Assembly: GCA_964057225.1 (NCBI GenBank)
Contig: OZ059894.1
Span: 22,692,001 to 22,756,000 of the forward strand
Length of the DNA: 64,000 nt
Reading direction: 5' to 3'
Source of the DNA: Auanema rhodensis
Taxonomy: Eukaryota; Animalia; Nematoda
The translations under genes and the position numbers were made by a program. Below the pieces are notes generated by a model. It was not told where the DNA came from. It worked only from the letters and a program-made list of their open reading frames with translations, and did no database searches. Positions 55,101 through 64,000 of this stretch are shown piece by piece (position 1 is the first letter of the stretch; every line of letters begins with the position of its first letter).

Positions 55101-58100
55101 TGATAACACAGATCGACGCAGCTTAAAAATCCGCATCGAATGCAATATACTACATTGAGAAACGCTTAATACAAAAATTAGTTATGATCGTTTGAAAAAT
55201 GATGCATTAGTGTATGTTGAGTTTCCATGTACACTCAACATTGCTTCCAAAAACATTTTGACAAAAATTTTTTCGAAAAACTTCAAAATAATTTAGCAAA
55301 AAGTAGATGTTTTTAGATTCCTTTTTTCAAGGCAAAGACGATGGACAATGTTATTCAACGAAAAAATTAATTCTTCAGGGTGAAAATCGAGGATATAAGT
55401 GTGAACTTATATCAGTTGATATCTCGGTGCATTGTTAAGCTAGCGCAAATCTGATAACACAGATCGACGCAGCTTAAAAATCCGCATCGAATGCACTATA
55501 CTACATTGAGAAACGCTTAATACAAAAATTAGTTATGATCGTTTGAAAAATGATGCATTAGTGTATGTTGAGTTTCCATGTACACTCAACATTGCTTCCA
55601 AAAACATTTTGACAAAAATTTTTTCGAAAAATTTCAGAATAATTTAGCAAAAAGTAGATGTTTTTAGATTCCTTTTTTCAAGGCAAAGACGATGGTCAAT
55701 GTTATTCAACGAAAAAATCAATTCTTCAGGGTGAAAATCGAGGATATAAGTGTGAACTTATATCAGTTGATATCTCGGTGCATTTTTAAGCTAGCGCAAA
55801 TCTGATAACACAGAACGACGCAGCTTAAAAATCCGCATCGAATGCACTATACTACATTGAGAAACGCTTAATACAAAAATTAGTTATGATCGTTTGAAAA
55901 ATGATGCATTAGTGTATGTTGAGTTTCCATGTACACTCAACATTGCTTCCAAAAACATTTTGACAAAAATTTTTTCGAGAAATTTCAAAATAATTTAGCA
56001 AAAAGTAGATGTTTTTAGATTCCTTTTTTCAAGGCAAAGACGATGGACAATGTTATTCAACGAAAAAATTAATTCTTCAGGGTGAAAATCGAGGATATAA
56101 GTGTGAACTTATATCAGTTGATATCTCGGTGCATTTTTAAGCTAGCGCAAATCTGATAACACAGAACGACGCAGCTTAAAAATCCGCATCGAATGCACTA
56201 TACTACATTGAGAAACGCTTAATACAAAAATTAGTTATGATCGTTTGAAAAATGATGCATTAGTGTATGTTGAGTTTCCATGTACACTCAACATTGCTTC
56301 CAAAAACATTTTGACAAAAATTTTTTCGAGAAATTTCAAAATAATTTAGCAAAAAGTAGATGTTTTTAGATTCCTTTTTTCAAGGCAAAGACGATGGACA
56401 ATGTTATTCAACGAAAAAATTAATTCTTCAGGGTGAAAATCGAGGATATAAGTGTGAACTTATATCAGTTGATATCTCGGTGCATTTTTAAGCTAGTTTA
56501 ATTTAGCATAAAGTAGATGTTTTTAGATTCCATTTTTCAAGGCAAAGACGATGGACAATGATATTCAACAAAAAAATTAATTCTTCAGGGGGAAAATCGA
56601 GGATATAAGTGTGAACTTATATCAGTTGATATCTCGGTGCATTTTTAAGCTAGCGCAAATCTGATAACACAGATCGACGCAGCTTAAAAATCCGCATCGA
56701 ATGCACTATACTACATTGAGAAACGCTTAATACAAAAATTAGTTATGATCGTTTGAAAAATGATGCATTAGTGTATGTTGAGTTTCCATGTACACTCAAC
56801 ATTGCTTCCAAAAACATTTTGACAAAAAGTTTTTCGAAAAATTTCAGAATAATTTAGCAAAAAGTAGATGTTTTTAGATTCCTTTTTTCAAGGCAAAGAC
56901 GATGGACAATGTTATTCAACGAAAAAATTAATTCTTCAGGGTGAAAATCGAGGATATAAGTGTGAACTTATATCAGTTGATATCTCGGTGCATTTTTAAG
57001 CTAGCGCAAATCTGATAACACAGAACGACGCAGCTTAAAAATCCGCATCGAATGCACTATACTACATTGAGAAACGCTTAATACAAAAATTAGTTATGAT
57101 CGTTTGAAAAATGATGCATTAGTGTATGTTGAGTTTCCATGTACACTCAACATTGCTTCCAAAAACATTTTGACAAAAATTTTTTCGAGAAATTTCAAAA
57201 TAATTTAGCAAAAAGTAGATGTTTTTAGATTCGTTTTTTTCAAGGCAAAGACGATGGACAATGTTATTCAACGAAAAAATTAATTCTTCAGGGTGAAAAT
57301 CGAGGATATAAGTGTGAACTTATATCAGTTGATATCTCGGTGCATTTTTAAGCTAGCGCAAATCTGATAACACAGATCGACGCAGCTTAAAAATCCGCAT
57401 CGAATGCACTATACTACATTGAGAAACGCTTAATACAAAAATTAGTTATGATCGTTTGAAAAATGATGCATTAGTGTATGTTGAGTTTCCATGTACACTC
57501 AACATTGCTTCCAAAAACATTTTGACAAAAATTTTTTCGAAAAATTTCAAAATAATTTAGCAAAAAGTAGATGTTTTTAGATTCCATTTTTCAAGGCAAA
57601 GACGATGGACAATGTTATTCAACGAAAAAATTAATTCTTCAGGGTGAAAATCGAGGATATAAGTGTGAACTTATATCAGTTGATATCTCGGTGCATTTTT
57701 AAGCTAGCGCAAATCTGATAACACAGATCGACGCAGCTTAAAAATCCGCATCGAATGCACTATACTACATTGAGAAACGCTTAATACAAAAATTAGTTAT
57801 GATCGTTTGAAAAATGATGCATTAGTGTATGTTGAGTTTCCATGTACACTCAACATTGCTTCCAAAAACATTTTGACAAAAATTTTTTCGAGAAATTTCA
57901 AAATAATTTAGCAAAAAGTAGATGTTTTTAGATTCCTTTTTTCAAGGCAAAGACGATGGACAATGTTATTCAACGAAAAAATCAATTCTTCAGGGTGAAA
58001 ATCGAGGATATAAGTGTGAACTTATATCAGTTGATATCTCGGTGCATTTTTAAGCTAGCGCAAATCTGATAACACAGATCGACGCAGCTTAAAAATCCGC

Positions 58101-61100
58101 ATCGAATGCACTATACTACATTGAGAAACGCTTAATACAAAAATTAGTTATGATCGTTTGAAAAATGATGCATTAGTGTATGTTGAGTTTCCATGTACAC
58201 TCAACATTGCTTCCAAAAACATTTTGACAAAAATTTTTTCGAAAAATTTCAAAATAATTTAGCAAAAAGTAGATGTTTTTAGATTCCATTTTTCAAGGCA
58301 AAGACGATGGACAATGTTATTCAACGAAAAAATTAATTCTTCAGGGTGAAAATCGAGGATATAAGTGTGAACTTATATCAGTTGATATCTCGGTGCATTT
58401 TTAAGCTAGCGCAAATCTGATAACACAGATCGACGCAGCTTAAAAATCCGCATCGAATGCACTATACTACATTGAGAAACACTTAATACAAAAATTAGTT
58501 ATGATCGTTTGAAAAATGATGCATTAGTGTATGTTGAGTTTCCATGTACACTCAACATTGCTTCCAAAAACATTTTGACAAAAATTTTTTCGAGAAATTT
58601 CAAAATAATTTAGCAAAAAGTAGATGTTTTTAGATTCCTTTTTTCAAGGCAAAGACGATGGACAATGTTATTCAACGAAAAAATTAATTCTTCAGGGTGA
58701 AAATCGAGGATATAAGTGTGAACTTATATCAGTTGATATCTCGGTGCATTTTTAAGCTAGCGCAAATCTGATAACACAGATCGACGCAGCTTAAAAATCC
58801 GCATCGAATGCAATATACTACATTGAGAAACGCTTAATACAAAAATTAGTTATGATCGTTTGAAAAATGATGCATTAGTGTATGTTGAGTTTCCATGTAC
58901 ACTCAACATTGCTTCCAAAAACATTTTGACAAAAATTTTTTCGAGAAATTTCAAAATAATTTAGCAAAAAGTAGATGTTTTTAGATTCCTTTTTTCAAGG
59001 CAAAGACGATGGACAATGTTATTCAACGAAAAAATTAATTCTTCAGGGTGAAAATCGAGGATATAAGTGTGAACTTATATCAGTTGATATCTCGGTGCAT
59101 TTTTAAGCTAGCGCAAATCTGATAACACAGATCGACGCAGCTTAAAAATCCGCATCGAATGCAATATACTACATTGAGAAACGCTTAATACAAAAATTAG
59201 TTATGATCGTTTGAAAAATGATGCATTAGTGTATGTTGAGTTTCCATGTACACTCAACATTGCTTCCAAAAACATTTTGACAAAAATTTTTTCGAAAAAC
59301 TTCAAAATAATTTAGCAAAAAGTAGATGTTTTTAGATTCCTTTTTTCAAGGCAAAGACGATGGACAATGTTATTCAACGAAAAAATTAATTCTTCAGGGT
59401 GAAAATCGAGGATATAAGTGTGAACTTATATCAGTTGATATCTCGGTGCATTGTTAAGCTAGCGCAAATCTGATAACACAGATCGACGCAGCTTAAAAAT
59501 CCGCATCGAATGCACTATACTACATTGAGAAACGCTTAATACAAAAATTAGTTATGATCGTTTGAAAAATGATGCATTAGTGTATGTTGAGTTTCCATGT
59601 ACACTCAACATTGCTTCCAAAAACATTTTGACAAAAATTTTTTCGAAAAATTTCAGAATAATTTAGCAAAAAGTAGATGTTTTTAGATTCCTTTTTTCAA
59701 GGCAAAGACGATGGTCAATGTTATTCAACGAAAAAATCAATTCTTCAGGGTGAAAATCGAGGATATAAGTGTGAACTTATATCAGTTGATATCTCGGTGC
59801 ATTTTTAAGCTAGCGCAAATCTGATAACACAGAACGACGCAGCTTAAAAATCCGCATCGAATGCACTATACTACATTGAGAAACGCTTAATACAAAAATT
59901 AGTTATGATCGTTTGAAAAATGATGCATTAGTGTATGTTGAGTTTCCATGTACACTCAACATTGCTTCCAAAAACATTTTGACAAAAATTTTTTCGAAAA
60001 ATTTCAAAATAATTTAGCAAAAAGTAGATGTTTTTAGATTCCATTTTTCAAGGCAAAGACGATGGTCAATGTTATTCAACGAAAAAATCAATTCTTCAGG
60101 GTGAAAATCGAGGATATAAGTGTGAACTTATATCAGTTGATATCTCGGTGCATTTTTAAGCTGGCGCAAATCTGATAACACAGATCGACGCAGCTTAAAA
60201 ATCCGCATCGAATGCACTATACTACATTGAGAAACGCTTAATACAAAAATTAGTTATGATCGTTTGAAAAATGATGCATTAGTGTATGTTGAGTTTCCAT
60301 GTACACTCAACATTGCTTCCAAAAACATTTTGACAAAAATTTTTTCGAAAAATTTCAAAATAATTTAGCAAAAAGTAGATGTTTTTAGATTCCATTTTTC
60401 AAGGCAAAGACGATGGACAATGTTATTCAACGAAAAAATTAATTCTTCAGGGTGAAAATCGAGGATATAAGTGTGAACTTATATCAGTTGATATCTCGGT
60501 GCATTTTTAAGCTAGCGCAAATCTGATAACACAGATCGACGCAGCTTAAAAATCCGCATCGAATGCACTATACTACATTGAGAAACGCTTAATACAAAAA
60601 TTAGTTATGATCGTTTGAAAAATGATGCATTAGTGTATGTTGAGTTTCCATGTACACTCAACATTGCTTCCAAAAACATTTTGACAAAAATTTTTTCGAG
60701 AAATTTCAAAATAATTTAGCAAAAAGTAGATGTTTTTAGATTCCTTTTTTCAAGGCAAAGACGATGGACAATGTTATTCAACGAAAAAATTAATTCTTCA
60801 GGGTGAAAATCGAGGATATAAGTGTGAACTTATATCAGTTGATATCTCGGTGCATTTTTAAGCTAGCGCAAATCTGATAACACAGATCGACGCAGCTTAA
60901 AAATCCGCATCGAATGCAATATACTACATTGAGAAACGCTTAATACAAAAATTAGTTATGATCGTTTGAAAAATGATGCATTAGTGTATGTTGAGTTTCC
61001 ATGTACACTCAACATTGCTTCCAAAAACATTTTGACAAAAATTTTTTCGAGAAATTTCAAAATAATTTAGCAAAAAGTAGATGTTTTTAGATTCCTTTTT

Positions 61101-64000
61101 TCAAGGCAAAGACGATGGACAATGTTATTCAACGAAAAAATTAATTCTTCAGGGTGAAAATCGAGGATATAAGTGTGAACTTATATCAGTTGATATCTCG
61201 GTGCATTTTTAAGCTAGCGCAAATCTGATAACACAGATCGACGCAGCTTAAAAATCCGCATCGAATGCAATATACTACATTGAGAAACGCTTAATACAAA
61301 AATTAGTTATGATCGTTTGAAAAATGATGCATTAGTGTATGTTGAGTTTCCATGTACACTCAACATTGCTTCCAAAAACATTTTGACAAAAATTTTTTCG
61401 AAAAACTTCAAAATAATTTAGCAAAAAGTAGATGTTTTTAGATTCCTTTTTTCAAGGCAAAGACGATGGACAATGTTATTCAACGAAAAAATTAATTCTT
61501 CAGGGTGAAAATCGAGGATATAAGTGTGAACTTATATCAGTTGATATCTCGGTGCATTGTTAAGCTAGCGCAAATCTGATAACACAGATCGACGCAGCTT
61601 AAAAATCCGCATCGAATGCACTATACTACATTGAGAAACGCTTAATACAAAAATTAGTTATGATCGTTTGAAAAATGATGCATTAGTGTATGTTGAGTTT
61701 CCATGTACACTCAACATTGCTTCCAAAAACATTTTGACAAAAATTTTTTCGAAAAATTTCAGAATAATTTAGCAAAAAGTAGATGTTTTTAGATTCCTTT
61801 TTTCAAGGCAAAGACGATGGTCAATGTTATTCAACGAAAAAATCAATTCTTCAGGGTGAAAATCGAGGATATAAGTGTGAACTTATATCAGTTGATATCT
61901 CGGTGCATTTTTAAGCTAGCGCAAATCTGATAACACAGAACGACGCAGCTTAAAAATCCGCATCGAATGCACTATACTACATTGAGAAACGCTTAATACA
62001 AAAATTAGTTATGATCGTTTGAAAAATGATGCATTAGTGTATGTTGAGTTTCCATGTACACTCAACATTGCTTCCAAAAACATTTTGACAAAAATTTTTT
62101 CGAAAAATTTCAAAATAATTTAGCAAAAAGTAGATGTTTTTAGATTCCATTTTTCAAGGCAAAGACGATGGTCAATGTTATTCAACGAAAAAATCAATTC
62201 TTCAGGGTGAAAATCGAGGATATAAGTGTGAACTTATATCAGTTGATATCTCGGTGCATTTTTAAGCTAGCGCAAATCTGATAACACAGAACGACGCAGC
62301 TTAAAAATCCGCATCGAATGCACTATACTACATTGAGAAACGCTTAATACAAAAATTAGTTATGATCGTTTGAAAAATGATGCATTAGTGTATGTTGAGT
62401 TTCCATGTACACTCAACATTGCTTCCAAAAACATTTTGACAAAAATTTTTTCGAGAAATTTCAAAATAATTTAGCAAAAAGTAGATGTTTTTAGATTCCT
62501 TTTTTCAAGGCAAAGACGATGGACAATGTTATTCAACGAAAAAATTAATTCTTCAGGGTGAAAATCGAGGATATAAGTGTGAACTTATATCAGTTGATAT
62601 CTCGGTGCATTTTTAAGCTAGTTTAATTTAGCATAAAGTAGATGTTTTTAGATTCCATTTTTCAAGGCAAAGACGATGGACAATGATATTCAACAAAAAA
62701 ATTAATTCTTCAGGGGGAAAATCGAGGATATAAGTGTGAACTTATATCAGTTGATATCTCGGTGCATTTTTAAGCTAGCGCAAATCTGATAACACAGATC
62801 GACGCAGCTTAAAAATCCGCATCGAATGCACTATACTACATTGAAAAACGCTTAATACAAAAATTAGTTATGATCGTTTGAAAAATGATGCATTAGTGTA
62901 TGTTGAGTTTCCATGTACACTCAACATTGCTTCCAAAAACATTTTGACAAAAAGTTTTTCGAAAAATTTCAGAATAATTTAGCAAAAAGTAGATGTTTTT
63001 AGATTCCTTTTTTCAAGGCAAAGACGATGGACAATGTTATTCAACGAAAAAATTAATTCTTCAGGGTGAAAATCGAGGATATAAGTGTGAACTTATATCA
63101 GTTGATATCTCGGTGCATTTTTAAGCTAGCGCAAATCTGATAACACAGATCGACGCAGCTTAAAAATCCGCATCGAATGCACTATACTACATTGAGAAAC
63201 GCTTAATACAAAAATTAGTTATGATCGTTTGAAAAATGATGCATTAGTGTATGTTGAGTTTCCATGTACACTCAACATTGCTTCCAAAAACATTTTGACA
63301 AAAATTTTTTCGAGAAATTTCAAAATAATTTAGCAAAAAGTAGATGTTTTTAGATTCCTTTTTTCAAGGCAAAGACGATGGACAATGTTATTCAACGAAA
63401 AAATTAATTCTTCAGGGTGAAAATCGAGGATATAAGTGTGAACTTATATCAGTTGATATCTCGGTGCATTTTTAAGCTAGTTTAATTTAGCATAAAGTAG
63501 ATGTTTTTAGATTCCATTTTTCAAGGCAAAGACGATGGACAATGATATTCAACAAAAAAATTAATTCTTCAGGGGGAAAATCGAGGATATAAGTGTGAAC
63601 TTATATCAGTTGATATCTCGGTGCATTTTTAAGCTAGCGCAAATCTGATAACACAGATCGACGCAGCTTAAAAATCCGCATCGAATGCACTATACTACAT
63701 TGAAAAACGCTTAATACAAAAATTAGTTATGATCGTTTGAAAAATGATGCATTAGTGTATGTTGAGTTTCCATGTACACTCAACATTGCTTCCAAAAACA
63801 TTTTGACAAAAAGTTTTTCGAAAAATTTCAGAATAATTTAGCAAAAAGTAGATGTTTTTAGATTCCTTTTTTCAAGGCAAAGACGATGGACAATGTTATT
63901 CAACGAAAAAATTAATTCTTCAGGGTGAAAATCGAGGATATAAGTGTGAACTTATATCAGTTGATATCTCGGTGCATTTTTAAGCTAGCGCAAATCTGAT
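49137..64000. repeat. Large tandem duplication, copy 2 (truncated by window end; lacks a 1912-bp block present in copy 1)
   Basis: Matching SNPs at 49961, 50436, 53411, 53916, 54471, 57233, 58481, 60163 and 62845. The junction spacing series matches: 508-1912-508-(4019 vs 4370+1561)-6125-859. Confidence 0.9.

Larger units (their letters stand above)
1..64000. repeat. Satellite DNA tandem array, 351-bp AT-rich monomer, ~170 full copies plus 28 truncated 157-bp units; runs off both window ends
   Basis: The anchor attagttatgatcg recurs at 1, 353, 705, 1056, 1407, 1758 ... 9831 (351-bp period; 352 where the attcgttttttt allele is present) and continues in register to the end. Most copies differ by only 0-5 substitutions. 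No strand switch or foreign insertion was seen. Confidence 0.99.

Noticed and set aside
1-64000. Giant repetitive CDS (351 is divisible by 3)
   Set aside because: All six frames contain stop codons within every monomer (e.g. + frame 1 TAG at 118-120, frame 2 TGA at 17-19, frame 3 TAG at 3-5; TTA triplets in all three frames close the minus strand).
1-64000. CRISPR array, or integron-like cassette array with palindromic repeats
   Set aside because: There are no unique spacers or cassettes; the sequence between hairpins is as identical as the hairpins themselves, and there are no cas or integrase genes.

Overview
The whole 64-kb window is one uninterrupted, head-to-tail, single-orientation satellite DNA array (about 31-32% GC by hand count of one monomer). 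It is most likely eukaryotic centromeric or pericentromeric heterochromatin; I cannot assign the family or species. The monomer is 351 bp (about 170 copies; six carry a +1 bp allele giving 352 bp). Twenty-eight truncated 157-bp units are interspersed, all sharing one junction (gctag|tt|taatttagcaTaaag) and giving 508-bp steps. There are no supportable genes, RNA genes, transposon insertions or CRISPR arrays, and all six reading frames contain stops within each monomer. The information lies in the SNP pattern: nested higher-order repeats (859, 1404, 1561, 2106, 3159/3510 and 5191 bp), a near-perfect ~20-22 kb tandem duplication (from ~27.4 kb and ~49.1 kb), and an older, diverged 8-monomer island (44.2-47.1 kb) containing an intact relative of the truncated unit. 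The monomer is also dense in dyads and hairpins. All counts and coordinates were read by eye.
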